Assembly: GCA_944390315.1 (NCBI GenBank)
Contig: CALXPO010000022.1
Coordinates: 1,093 to 65,092, forward strand
Source: an uncultured Alphaproteobacteria bacterium
GTDB lineage: Bacteria; Pseudomonadota; Alphaproteobacteria; RF32; CAG-239
DNA length: 64,000 bases
Reading direction: 5' to 3'
Notes under the pieces: generated by a model
Seen by the model: the letters and a program-made list of their open reading frames with translations, nothing else
Told to the model about the DNA's origin: nothing
Database searches by the model: none
Shown here: piece by piece, positions 1 to 10,109 of the stretch
Layout of the letters: the number at the start of each line of letters is the position of its first letter
How positions within the stretch are numbered: position 1 is the stretch's first letter
Translations under genes and position numbers: made by a program

Positions 1-10
1 GAGCAGAACA

Positions 11-205
11 ATGGTTGTGAAATTTAAAACCGTAGAAGAAATGGAAGAATATTTTCAATATTTGGATGATAGCATTTGCGATGATGAACGTCGTATGGTT
101 CTACGCGGTACAGCCATTGCATTCAATTTGGGAATATTTAGCTTGTACCGCAAACGACAAGCCCGATTAAAAGTACTAAATCATAAATATAGCAATATAG
201 TTTAA
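11..205 (+). CDS. short hypothetical protein
   Basis: 64-aa ATG ORF at the window edge; no recognisable motif. Confidence 0.35.
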   Translation: MVVKFKTVEEMEEYFQYLDDSICDDERRMVLRGTAIAFNLGIFSLYRKRQARLKVLNHKYSNIV

Positions 206-355
206 GGCAAAATTTATACCCCCATATAAAAAATATGATATCTGCTCTGTAAAATAAGATAATAAGATATAAATTCTCAAACAGCATATAAAAACTTAAC
301 TAAAATTAAACTATAAAATTTTAGCATAAGCAGTGTAATTTTTGAGGATGAAAAA

Positions 356-2254
356 ATGCATGGCATACATACATTAATTATTGATTTGACATTAATCACG
401 ATTTATGCGGGAATTACCACTCTTATTTGTAAAAAATTAAAACAGCCGATAGTCTTGGGATATATTTTAGCCGGAATTTTTGCCGGACCGTATTTTGATT
501 TGTTACCGACCGTCAGCGACCGAGAAAATCTTAATTTATGGGCAGATATAGGTGTTATTTTTTTACTTTTTGGTCTGGGATTGGAATTCAGTTTTAAAAA
601 GATGATAAATGTTGGCAAGTCGGCCATGATTACAGCCAATATTAATATCTTTTTTATGTTATTCGTCGGCTACTATACCGGTATTTTTTTGGGATGGTCG
701 GCCATGAACAGTTTTTTCCTCGGTTCAATGATTTCAATGTCGTCTACCACAATTATTTTAAAAGCATTTGAAGACCTGAACTTAAAAAAACAAAAATTTA
801 CGGATTTGGTATTTGGTGTTTTGGTTATTGAAGATTTGGTCGGAATTTTACTTTTAGTACTGTTGCCGATGGTTGCTTTGGGGCAAAGCATTAATGGCGT
901 AGAACTGGGATTGAGTGCTCTAAAACTGATTTCTTTTTTAGTTTTATGTTTTGTTATCGGTATTTATATTGTGCCGACTTTCCTTGAGAAAATAAACGAT
1001 AGCTTGAGCGATGAAATGTTGCTGATTATTTCAATTGCGTTGTGCTTTGGCATGGTATGGTTGGCAACTTCATTTGGTTTTTCTTCAGCTTTAGGTTCAT
1101 TTTTGATGGGATCGGTTTTATCAGAAACAAGAGTGATAAAAAGGATTGAAAATGTTATTGAACCATTAAAAGATTTTTTCGGAGCCGTTTTTTTTGTTTC
1201 GGTAGGAATGTTGGTTAATCCGATGATGTTTATTGATTATGCAATACCTATTTTAACCATCACGGTAATGGTGATTATGGGTAAGGTCATATTTTCGTGC
1301 TTTGGATTTGTTATATCTGGTCAAAATTTAAAAAATTCTATTTTATGTGCTTTTTCTCTGGCGCAAGTTGGAGAATTCGCATTTATTATTGCTGCTTTGG
1401 GAATGAAATTAGGTGTATTAAATGAACAAGTATATCCCATAATTGTAGCTGTTTCCGTCATAACGACGTTTTTGACGCCTATGATGATAAAATCAGCAGA
1501 TAAATTCTATAAGCTGGCGGATAAGAAACTTCCGGCAAGCTGGAGCACATATATAAATAAAAATGTTCCATTCGCCGCCAGTCGATCGGAAGAAAGATTG
1601 TGGGGAACCTTGTTTAGAAATTATGCTTTAAGAATGATTTTATTTTCTACAATACTTTTTGCCATCATGGGATTTTGCACACATTTTGTGCGTCCTTATG
1701 TCAGAGAAATCATGCCGGATATGGCTAGTCGCATATTTATGACAATCGTAGCTTTTGCGCTTATGTCGCCTTTTTTAAAGGCACTCATTGGCTGGGAATT
1801 AGTCTTTCCGTCTTTATTTCAGAAATGCACTTTGTCTTTTCCTAAAAAATGCAAATTTTTTCACAATGTTGACGATGAGCAGCAGGGCGCAAATTCTCTG
1901 TTAGATAATTTGTTGGGTGAAAATGTCGATAGTCTAAAGAGTTTTTTTGTTACCAATAGTCAAGTTGCAAAAATATATTACCAATTATGGAAGGCAAAAA
2001 AATCAAATAGATTACCGCTTCTTGTTTTAACAAGTTTTCGCTTATTGGTAGTATCTTTTTTCATTATGACCATTGTTCATCAGTTTTTGACTGAAAATAA
2101 AAAAGTTGCTTTTTTATTGCTTGTTTGTTCAATCATTTTAATATCTAAATCGAAGTGGTTGTTGGAGCAATATTTAAAAATTGAGACACAGTTTTTACAA
2201 AATCTGAAGGGCAACCCAAGTGCGGAAGATGAACAGAAAGAAAGCGATAAATAG
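356..2254 (+). CDS. cation:proton antiporter, CPA2 (Kef/YbaL-like) family
   Basis: Many TM helices; motifs GVIFLLFGLGLEFS, SMSSTTI, GVLVIEDL, FFVSVGM, LAQVGEFAFII; RBS gagga upstream. Confidence 0.9.
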   Translation: MHGIHTLIIDLTLITIYAGITTLICKKLKQPIVLGYILAGIFAGPYFDLLPTVSDRENLNLWADIGVIFLLFGLGLEFSFKKMINVGKSAMITANINIFFMLFVGYYTGIFLGWSAMNSFFLGSMISMSSTTIILKAFEDLNLKKQKFTDLVFGVLVIEDLVGILLLVLLPMVALGQSINGVELGLSALKLISFLVLCFVIGIYIVPTFLEKINDSLSDEMLLIISIALCFGMVWLATSFGFSSALGSFLMGSVLSETRVIKRIENVIEPLKDFFGAVFFVSVGMLVNPMMFIDYAIPILTITVMVIMGKVIFSCFGFVISGQNLKNSILCAFSLAQVGEFAFIIAALGMKLGVLNEQVYPIIVAVSVITTFLTPMMIKSADKFYKLADKKLPASWSTYINKNVPFAASRSEERLWGTLFRNYALRMILFSTILFAIMGFCTHFVRPYVREIMPDMASRIFMTIVAFALMSPFLKALIGWELVFPSLFQKCTLSFPKKCKFFHNVDDEQQGANSLLDNLLGENVDSLKSFFVTNSQVAKIYYQLWKAKKSNRLPLLVLTSFRLLVVSFFIMTIVHQFLTENKKVAFLLLVCSIILISKSKWLLEQYLKIETQFLQNLKGNPSAEDEQKESDK

Positions 2255-2332
2255 TTACAGAAATATGAATTTAATAAGTTTTGATTGAAAGTTTCTTGGT
2301 AAATTTTGCATTATAGCATATACTAAAAAAAG

Positions 2333-2947
2333 GTGGTTAAGATGCTAAAATTCAAAATCTTTTTAGTATTGCTTGTTGCATTGATATATTATGTTGCGAC
2401 TTATTGTGTTTTGAGTCCCGGCATGTGCCGCTACTATGTCGATTATTATATATTATATGATAGGAGTTTTTCGATAACCGAAGAACACAAATTTTTATAT
2501 GAAGTTCCATATGAAAGTATAGCTTATTTTCAAAAATATGAAATGAAGAATACCAAAAATATAAAAGTGTTGGGAGCAACGGCAGAAGATGAAAACGGAC
2601 TTTGGAGCAACGGAAACACAGTAATTATATCATTTTTATTACCTCAGGTTTATACAAATATAGAATTAGATTTTGATGTTTCAGGCTATATAAACAAAAA
2701 TAATCGTCAAGTTGATGTGCAGATATATCATGATGACAGACAGATTGGAGACTGGCATTTTGTTTATGGACGTAAAAAAATAAAAACAAAACTTCAAATA
2801 GCAAAAAAATATTTACAAGAAGGATCTCCCATAAATCTTATTTTTAAGATAAACGGAATAGCTTCACCGCAGAGTCTGGGATATGGAAGCGAAACAAAGA
2901 AATTCGGCTTAATTTTTAATGCGCTGAAAATTTTGCCATACGATTAG
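2333..2947 (+). CDS. membrane-anchored hypothetical protein with a beta-rich extracytoplasmic domain
   Basis: N-terminal hydrophobic helix; GLWSNG and SPQSLG..ETKKFGL motifs resemble beta-sandwich domains found on surface-polysaccharide-related proteins. Confidence 0.6.
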   Translation: MVKMLKFKIFLVLLVALIYYVATYCVLSPGMCRYYVDYYILYDRSFSITEEHKFLYEVPYESIAYFQKYEMKNTKNIKVLGATAEDENGLWSNGNTVIISFLLPQVYTNIELDFDVSGYINKNNRQVDVQIYHDDRQIGDWHFVYGRKKIKTKLQIAKKYLQEGSPINLIFKINGIASPQSLGYGSETKKFGLIFNALKILPYD

Positions 2948-3112
2948 AAGTACAAGCAAGAAAGATATTCTAAAAGATTAATAATTGCGATATCAAATAC
3001 TTGTTTTTCAGCGGTAACAACCCTGCTTGTGAAAAGCGCACCAATCATATGCTAGCCATTATGTTTGCTGATAAATATTAATGTTGTTTAATACGGCTAT
3101 CTATTGCAGTAC

Positions 3113-4030
3113 TTATAGAGATAGAAAGTAGCCTCTTATCTTATTCTTTTGCAATATATTGTTGTTTGGGTTATTCCAAAGCAAAATCATTGCTCCATAA
3201 TAGACTAGGCGAATAATTGCCGAAAATAAAATATAAAAAGAAAAAAAAACAAATCCTGATAATTCACTATAAAAAGTTCTAAAGAAAAATACTTCACCGG
3301 CTATACAACTTAAAGCCAAAATCAAGCATAACGCTAATTTTGGAGCTATACATTTTTTTTTTATATTTTCTGAGGTTTTAAAAAGAGTTATGAATATTTT
3401 GGGCAACTTAAGATAAATAAACCATAAAATAAACGGTACTAAAAGGATACAATAAAAAATTGTTGCCGTCGGCGGGAATATAAATAACGAAACAAAAAAC
3501 AGCAAACTTCCCAAAAGCAATGGATGTGCTTTTAAAATTTTAATACTTTTTTCTTCCGATAATACAAGTCGGTAAAGAGCATAAAGAAACAGCATATACA
3601 AAACAAAAGGAGAAAACATAAACAAAAGACCGATTATGGCATTTTTTAGATTTGCATCGGTTATTATTAATAAATCTTCTGAAATAGTTCTTATTCCGAA
3701 AGCGGATATAAATATAATCATTTCTAGAATCAGAAAGCGTAATTTACAGCCTAAAGGAAAAAATCGAACCGTAATAATTTTGAATAACGTGTAATAAGTA
3801 AACACATACCAAAAATACATAAATAAATTTTTTTCATCAAAATGGCAAATTTGGTTTAAATCTTCTCTAAACCAATGAAAATAGTTACACCAACCGAGCT
3901 CTGAAAAATTATTTATACTCACGTCAATACATACCGAATTATCTCTCGTCATATCAGCAAAAAACCAGTAACTGTTGATAACAAGTATAATAAATAACAA
4001 TTCAAGAATAAGGTATTTGGCTATTTTTAT
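3113..4030 (-). CDS. hypothetical polytopic membrane protein
   Basis: AT-rich ORF with multiple hydrophobic helices; frame stays open upstream of TTG 4000 to an ATA at 4030 preceded by an AAGGA SD-like sequence, so the start is uncertain. Confidence 0.6.
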   Translation of the reverse strand: MKIAKYLILELLFIILVINSYWFFADMTRDNSVCIDVSINNFSELGWCNYFHWFREDLNQICHFDEKNLFMYFWYVFTYYTLFKIITVRFFPLGCKLRFLILEMIIFISAFGIRTISEDLLIITDANLKNAIIGLLFMFSPFVLYMLFLYALYRLVLSEEKSIKILKAHPLLLGSLLFFVSLFIFPPTATIFYCILLVPFILWFIYLKLPKIFITLFKTSENIKKKCIAPKLALCLILALSCIAGEVFFFRTFYSELSGFVFFSFYILFSAIIRLVYYGAMILLWNNPNNNILQKNKIRGYFLSL

Positions 4031-4180
4031 TGGTTAAATCCTTTATTATTTAGTCTTTCCACGATTTTGGTTCAAAATACTTTAATTTTCTCCCGAATTA
4101 ATCAATATTTGTCTTTCTCTGTTCTCAATATTATCGTGAATGTTTGAACTGCAGAAACCGTGTTATTTTCAAGTGGATTA

Positions 4181-4522
4181 TTATTGAGATTTTAATATAT
4201 CTTTAATTTCCTCATTCGTTGATGCTGTAGTTGTTTGGCATTTGCCTTCTGCACATGCTTCAAGTTCTGTGATTTTTTGAAATTCAGGAAGATTATAAAT
4301 GGAAGACAAACTGCAAAAAAGAACAAACCACAATAAAATTTTACCAAATTTTATAGGAGCCATACTAACTGCAGCCATCCCTAAAACGGATAAATAAAAT
4401 TTATATTCAATGTTGATTATATACAGATTTTCTTTTGTAAAAATCATATAAATATAACTCAAAAGACAAGTAATAAAAAATATTGTCCATAAAAGCCACC
4501 AAATTTTTTGATATTTAGCCAT
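4181..4522 (-). CDS. small hypothetical membrane protein
   Basis: 113 aa, about 3 TM helices; RBS aggag; overlaps the stop of the upstream gene. Confidence 0.6.
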   Translation of the reverse strand: MAKYQKIWWLLWTIFFITCLLSYIYMIFTKENLYIINIEYKFYLSVLGMAAVSMAPIKFGKILLWFVLFCSLSSIYNLPEFQKITELEACAEGKCQTTTASTNEEIKDILKSQ

Positions 4523-4868
4523 GGTTTTCTCCTACAATTTCAACTCTGTCTGAAGAATAATTTTCTTCAATTGATGATATGCGGTGCAACAAATATGGTG
4601 TTAATAAAAAGAATACAACCCACAATACCATTTCTATTTTCTGTAAATATGCATACTTCCGTTTATATAATAAAAGTATTCCCATCAGGGCGAGGAAAAA
4701 ATATATATAATCTAGAGATTTTTGTGCTACCAACAATTTTTCTGTACCGTAGACACTCAGAGGAAATTGCCAAACATTTAACCCGCAGATTTGCAATATT
4801 TCTCCAAAGAAGAAGATTGATATAAAAACGCTGGCAATTTTATCAAAAAAACTTAAAATTTTCTGCAT
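4515..4868 (-). CDS. small hypothetical membrane protein
   Basis: About 3 TM helices; likely ATG (MQKIL) after aggtga; coupled to the downstream ORF. Confidence 0.55.
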   Translation of the reverse strand: MQKILSFFDKIASVFISIFFFGEILQICGLNVWQFPLSVYGTEKLLVAQKSLDYIYFFLALMGILLLYKRKYAYLQKIEMVLWVVFFLLTPYLLHRISSIEENYSSDRVEIVGENHG

Positions 4869-5220
4869 TATATCACCTAAATGTATTGCAAACAAAAAAT
4901 GTCAACCAATAGTATACAATGAGATAGAGAATTTGTCAATTCTCTATCCTCAATGACTTTTATTTAATACAATTTATTTTTCTCGTTCCTGACGAGCAAA
5001 TTGATATTCCAACTCGTCACGCGTTGAAAAACCGCTGTTATAGGGAATAAATCTCACAAATACAACCAATGAGAATTATAACATATTGAATATATATACT
5101 TTTTGAAATTTTACAACTAGTGCCCCAACAGGGTAAAATCACCGCAAATAAAAAAATAAATCATCCCCTAAAAAGGTGGAACTATGGTGGGACAAAATGC
5201 AAAGGCGAGGGGAGAAAGAT

Positions 5221-5256
5221 AAAAAACAAGGCTTTGGGCAAAACGCTCAAAGCCTT
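5221..5256 (-). terminator. intrinsic terminator after tRNA-Leu
   Basis: Stem aaggctttgggc/gctcaaagcctt followed by a U-run on the minus strand. Confidence 0.7.
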
Positions 5257-5266
5257 AGTTTTCAAA

Positions 5267-5353
5267 TGGTGCGCTAGGCCGGAATCGAACCGGCACGGCC
5301 TTGCGGCCAACAGATTTTAAGTCTGCAGCGTCTACCAGTTCCGCCACAAGCGC
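5267..5353 (-). tRNA. tRNA-Leu(TAA)
   Basis: Reverse complement GCGCTTGTGGCGGAACTGGTAGACGC...CTTAAAA...long variable arm...GGTTCGATTCC...ACCA; 87 nt, encoded CCA. Confidence 0.95.
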
Positions 5354-5554
5354 AAAATCTACCAAACTTTATACAGATAAAAATCTATAAATGCAATAAT
5401 AAACTTTAAATATTTTATAAAAATAACCTTTATAGGGGAATATAACGATTAATGACTTGTAAACATTAAAAAAATATGCTTTCTTGTAAACGGTAATATG
5501 CGGCAGAAACAGCGTTTCGGCATATGATGCAAAATTCTTTAGAAAGGAAAAACA

Positions 5555-6262
5555 ATGAAAACTGTTGATATTTCATGGCGTCGCTATGTGTTGCCAAATA
5601 TAAACAAAGAAGGATGGAAATTCTTTGGCATCTTTGCGGCAGTAACAGCGTTACTGGCAATGATTTGGGAACCTTTAGGCGTAATCGGGTTGGTTTGCAC
5701 CGTTTGGTGCTATTATTTTTTCCGTGATCCGGAAAGAGTAACTCCAGAAATTAAAGATGTCGTTGTGTCTCCGGCAGACGGTATTGTGCAGATGATTACT
5801 AAAGTTAAAGCACCCGAAGAGTTAGATCTAGGAGACGAAGAATATACACGTGTCAGCGTGTTTATGAGTGTTTTTAATGTCCATGTTAATCGCGCTCCGG
5901 CAGAAGGAACTATCACTAAAGCTGTTTATGTGCCCGGAAAATTTGTAAATGCTACTTTGGACAAGGCCAGTAAAGATAATGAACGTCAATTGCTTGCAAT
6001 GAAAACAACATCGGGTAAACAAATTGTCTTTGTACAAATTGCAGGGCTTATTGCACGCCGTATTCTATGCTTTGCCAAGCCGGGAGATAAATATAAAGCC
6101 GGAGAACGCTTTGGTCTAATTCGTTTTGGTTCGCGTTTGGATGTTTATTTGCCGGCAGGTGTAGAACCACAGGTTTGTTTGGGACAAACTATGGTTGCCG
6201 GTGAAACCGTGATTGCAAACTTATCCGCCGAACAATCAACTGTAAAAGGAGTTATCAGATAA
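5555..6262 (+). CDS. psd: phosphatidylserine decarboxylase
   Basis: [25 protein letters not shown] and RFGSR self-cleavage motif; adjacent to pssA. Confidence 0.95.
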   Translation: MKTVDISWRRYVLPNINKEGWKFFGIFAAVTALLAMIWEPLGVIGLVCTVWCYYFFRDPERVTPEIKDVVVSPADGIVQMITKVKAPEELDLGDEEYTRVSVFMSVFNVHVNRAPAEGTITKAVYVPGKFVNATLDKASKDNERQLLAMKTTSGKQIVFVQIAGLIARRILCFAKPGDKYKAGERFGLIRFGSRLDVYLPAGVEPQVCLGQTMVAGETVIANLSAEQSTVKGVIR

Positions 6263-7032
6263 TGGAAAACAATAAATCTTTACCGCAAAAATTAAGCTCT
6301 TTACCGTTCCGCAAAATTGCACCGAATATTATTACAACTTTAGCTTTGTGCGCCGGTATAACTTCAATGCGTTATGCCATTACAGAACACTGGAGTCGTG
6401 CGATTTTGTGCATTTTTATAGCGGCTTTTTTCGATTTATTGGATGGGCGTGTTGCAAGAATGCTCAAAGGTTCAACCAAATTTGGAGCCGAACTTGACTC
6501 CTTATCTGATTTTGTCAGTTTCGGTGTGGCCCCTGCAATTTTAATGTATCAATGGACTTTGAGCAGTTTACCAAAATTCGGTTGGTTCTTTTGTCTTTTG
6601 TTTGCTGCTTGTATGGCTATGAGATTGGCTCGTTTTAATACCATGCTTGAAGATGAACCTCAACCAACCTATTGGCAAAACTTTTTTGTCGGTGTGCCTG
6701 CTCCGGCAGCGGCTTCTCTCGGTATTTTGCCAATTATGCTTAGCTTCGAATATCCTGAAGCGGCTTTTTTACGTAGTGACTGGTTTTGCAGCATTTTTAT
6801 GTGCGTTGTGGCCATCCTTATGGTAAGTCGAATTCCAACCATTTCCACGAAACATATGAAAATCCCCACTTACATGATTTTACCTTTGCTCGTGGTGGTC
6901 GTTTTGTTCGCAACAATGATAATTAGCCAACCATGGTTGGTTTTAAGTATCTCAACCTCTATTTACGCTTTAACGATTCCGGTAGGAATTATTTTCTTTC
7001 TTAAGGCGAAAAGAGCTAGTCGTAAAATATAG
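6262..7032 (+). CDS. pssA: CDP-diacylglycerol--serine O-phosphatidyltransferase
   Basis: CDP-alcohol phosphatidyltransferase motif DLLDGRVAR...GAELDSLSD; RLARFN; coupled to psd. Confidence 0.95.
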   Translation: MENNKSLPQKLSSLPFRKIAPNIITTLALCAGITSMRYAITEHWSRAILCIFIAAFFDLLDGRVARMLKGSTKFGAELDSLSDFVSFGVAPAILMYQWTLSSLPKFGWFFCLLFAACMAMRLARFNTMLEDEPQPTYWQNFFVGVPAPAAASLGILPIMLSFEYPEAAFLRSDWFCSIFMCVVAILMVSRIPTISTKHMKIPTYMILPLLVVVVLFATMIISQPWLVLSISTSIYALTIPVGIIFFLKAKRASRKI

Positions 7033-7082
7033 TCATTTAATAAGAAAACCTATTTATAAATAAGTTTTTATATAATAGAGTT

Positions 7083-7211
7083 ATGAAGCTCCGACGATTT
7101 ACGGTCGTGGAGCTTCATTAATTATTGTCAGTTATTGGTTTCTTACGGAAAACCCCGAGTTTACTCGGGGCTGAATGCCAAGGTGTCGGGCAATACCGCT
7201 TTAATCCGACA
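7083..7211. repeat. cluster of GC-rich palindromes, possibly a non-autonomous IS200/IS605-type or REP-like remnant
   Basis: Hairpins atgaagctcc..ggagcttcat (7083-7118), ccccgagt-tt-actcgggg (7153-7170) and tgtcgg..ccgaca (7184-7211); no transposase ORF. Confidence 0.35.
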
Positions 7212-7353
7212 AGCATGGTCAAACCTTAAAGTTTGTGCTGATTTAGATTTCCAAAACTTATTTGATGAACGATTTTACTTTTGTTTGTCGGTAAATGAAT
7301 TATACAGCATTTTCATCTTCCTACATACGTGGGTCGTGTTACATTTACACTAT

Positions 7354-7388
7354 AAAAATCCCTTTGATATAGAAATACCAAAGGGATT
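7354..7388 (-). terminator. intrinsic terminator after der
   Basis: Stem aatccctttg/caaagggatt just past the der stop, followed by a U-run on the minus strand. Confidence 0.65.
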
Positions 7389-7391
7389 CTT

Positions 7392-8750
7392 TCAATCGTT
7401 ATCGGCATAAGGATTGCCCGTCTTGCGGACGGTAATCCGAATAGGTACGCCGCCAAAATCAAAGGTATCACGCAGACTATTAGTCAAATAACGCAAATAA
7501 CTGTCGGGCAGACCTTCGGGATTACTTGAAAAAATAAAAAATGAAGGTGGTCTGATTTTGGCTTGTGTTATGTAACGCAATTTAATTCGACGTTTATTTT
7601 TGCCGAGCGGCGGCGGATAAGCTCCGGTGACATCAGCAAACCATTTGTTGAGCGGTGCTGTTGGAACGCGACTGTTCCAACGTGTATAAATCTTTAAAAC
7701 AGCGCTCATTAATTTATCTAAGCCTTCACTCTTCAAGGCAGAAATCGTGATGGTCGGAATTCCTTCAACCTGGGTTAAAGAAGTGCGGAGTTTATATTTC
7801 AATTTTTCAATTGCTTCTTTTTTGTCGGCAATATCCCATTTGTTTACGGCAATAATTAAAGCGCGTCCCTCATCTAAAACTTTTGAGGCTATTGTTAAAT
7901 CTTGTTTATCCAAAATGGCATCGGCATCAAGAACCAAAACCACAACCTGTGCCATATTAACGGCGTAACGGGATGAGGCTGCCGACATTTTTTCCAGAGA
8001 ATCCGATACTTTTGATTGTTTACGCAAACCCGCAGTATCAACCAGTTTAAACTTATGTCCTTTCCATTCCCAATCTGAGGTAATGGCATCACGGGTGACG
8101 CCGGCTTCTGGACCTGTCAACATTCTGTCATCTTTTAACAAGGCATTAACCAAGGTTGATTTGCCGACGTTGGGACGACCGACGATGGCAACCTGAATAG
8201 GTTTTTTATCAAATTCTTCGTTTTCTTCTTCTTGATTTTCAGTAACATTATTATCCTTAAAGTAGTGCTCTTTCAAGGCATCGTACAAATCAAGCATTCC
8301 TAAACCGTGTTCTGCCGAAAAAGGTATCGGTTCGCCTAAACCGAGTTTATATGCTTCAAAGCGACTATCTTCCTGTTGTTTGCCTTCACATTTATTTGCC
8401 AAAAGAATGACAGGTTTGTGCGAGCGACGTAAAATGTCGGCAAAATGCTCATCATAGGGTTGCAATCCGGCTCTGGCGTCATATAGAAATAAACATACAT
8501 CGGCATCATTGATAGCTTTTTGTGTTTGTTCCCACATTCTGGCCTCAAGATTATCTTCGTTAGAATATTCGTATCCAGCCGTATCGATAATCAACAAGGG
8601 GAGGTCATTAAATTTTGTTTCAGCCTCTTTGCGGTCACGTGTAACGCCGGGAGTATCATGTACGATGGCCAATTTTTTTCCGGCCAGCCGATTAAAAAGA
8701 GTAGATTTTCCGACATTTGGTCTGCCGATAATGGCGACTTTCAAAGGCAT
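7392..8750 (-). CDS. der: ribosome biogenesis GTPase Der (EngA)
   Basis: Two GRPNVGKS P-loops, DTAG, NKCE/NKWD, C-terminal KH-like domain; ATG 8750 follows ggag. Confidence 0.97.
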   Translation of the reverse strand: MPLKVAIIGRPNVGKSTLFNRLAGKKLAIVHDTPGVTRDRKEAETKFNDLPLLIIDTAGYEYSNEDNLEARMWEQTQKAINDADVCLFLYDARAGLQPYDEHFADILRRSHKPVILLANKCEGKQQEDSRFEAYKLGLGEPIPFSAEHGLGMLDLYDALKEHYFKDNNVTENQEEENEEFDKKPIQVAIVGRPNVGKSTLVNALLKDDRMLTGPEAGVTRDAITSDWEWKGHKFKLVDTAGLRKQSKVSDSLEKMSAASSRYAVNMAQVVVLVLDADAILDKQDLTIASKVLDEGRALIIAVNKWDIADKKEAIEKLKYKLRTSLTQVEGIPTITISALKSEGLDKLMSAVLKIYTRWNSRVPTAPLNKWFADVTGAYPPPLGKNKRRIKLRYITQAKIRPPSFFIFSSNPEGLPDSYLRYLTNSLRDTFDFGGVPIRITVRKTGNPYADND

Positions 8751-8764
8751 GTGTATCTCCATTT

Positions 8765-10087
8765 CTATTTGTAAACGATGAGATCGGCCTCATCGGTTGT
8801 AACAATGACATAACCATCGGCGGCAATTGCGGGGAGAGAAGAACCGCCATCAATATCAATACGACCGATTATAGTTCCGTCAAAAGGCGATATAAAAAAC
8901 ATATATCCATCGGAAGTAGTTACCAACAATTGATTATTAACCAAAAGGGGACCGGCAGACATCATATTATTTGAGGAGTTTTTGTTATCTTCGTTTGGAA
9001 TTTTTGTATCCCAGATGATTTTGCCGCTGTCAGCTTGAATGGCCATTAACTGATTGTCATTAGCAAGCAAAAACAAATATTTTCCGGCAAGTATCGGTTG
9101 GTTTGTACTGCCGATTTGTCTTTCCCATATTCTTTGTCCGGTACGCAAGTCGATTGCCACCAACAAGTCATTGTTGCCTGCGGCAAAAACGATATCTCCC
9201 GAGATAACCGGATTAGCACTGATTGTGCTGATGGCGTCCAACGAATTGTTCTTACGAGAAGAAACCAAATAATCGCCCCACAATGGCGAGCCGGTGCTGG
9301 CTTTCAAAGCACGAAGTTCACCGTTTGAAAATCCGGCAATTAAAACATCGGCAGATACGCTATACGCTGCGACGGCACCGCCGACTTTTACCGTATCTTG
9401 GCTTGGTGCGGCATAGCGCCAAATTTCATGACCGTCTTTGGCATCAAGGGCATACAAAACATTATTTATAGTTTGAATAAAAACTTTACCGTTACCGACC
9501 TGAGGAGCAACACGGATAGGCGTTGGCGAAAAATAAGACCATTTGACTGCGCCGTTATTTTTATCTAAAGCAAAAACTCCGCCAAAACCGGTTACGGCGT
9601 AAACGGTACCATTATAATAAGCCAATCCTGTACCTTTTAGTGAGATATCTTTATCTTGCCGCAACTGAGGTTTTAGTTTGCGTGACCATAATTTTTTGCC
9701 GTCTTGAATATCAAAAGCCGTAACGATAGCGTTCGTATCCATGCCGAAAACCGTATTATCGGCCACAATCGGCGTAGCAATTAAATAATCGCGTTTTGAT
9801 GTACCGTCGCCGAAATTTTCTTGCCATTTAAGCGAAAGTTTATCTGCAGCCGCCAAATGTCCGATGTTATGAAGAGAATTTCCGCCGTTTTGAGTCCATG
9901 CAGGGTTGATAGCAGGCTCAGGCAGCACGATTTTAATATCGCCTTTCATATAATCGGCGGCAATAACATTATTTTCTTCCAAAACAGGAATTCTTTCACC
10001 GTCGATTTGAAGTTTTTCTTTGCCAAATAATGAGCAACCGGCTAAAACGGAGCAAACAAGAGCAAAACATATTTTTTTAATTTGCAT
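8765..10087 (-). CDS. bamB: BamB-like PQQ beta-propeller lipoprotein
   Basis: Lipobox VLAGC; repeated AxDxxxGxxxW blades; conserved position between the TPR gene and der. Confidence 0.85.
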   Translation of the reverse strand: MQIKKICFALVCSVLAGCSLFGKEKLQIDGERIPVLEENNVIAADYMKGDIKIVLPEPAINPAWTQNGGNSLHNIGHLAAADKLSLKWQENFGDGTSKRDYLIATPIVADNTVFGMDTNAIVTAFDIQDGKKLWSRKLKPQLRQDKDISLKGTGLAYYNGTVYAVTGFGGVFALDKNNGAVKWSYFSPTPIRVAPQVGNGKVFIQTINNVLYALDAKDGHEIWRYAAPSQDTVKVGGAVAAYSVSADVLIAGFSNGELRALKASTGSPLWGDYLVSSRKNNSLDAISTISANPVISGDIVFAAGNNDLLVAIDLRTGQRIWERQIGSTNQPILAGKYLFLLANDNQLMAIQADSGKIIWDTKIPNEDNKNSSNNMMSAGPLLVNNQLLVTTSDGYMFFISPFDGTIIGRIDIDGGSSLPAIAADGYVIVTTDEADLIVYK

Positions 10088-10109
10088 GGAACATCCTTTG
10101 ATTATTGTA

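Noticed and set aside
5120-5320. 66-aa ORF
   Set aside because: Overlaps the tRNA-Leu gene and its terminator on the opposite strand.
7135-7410. 91-aa ORF between pssA and der
   Set aside because: TTG start without a clear RBS, runs through hairpins, and shows no transposase or other motif.
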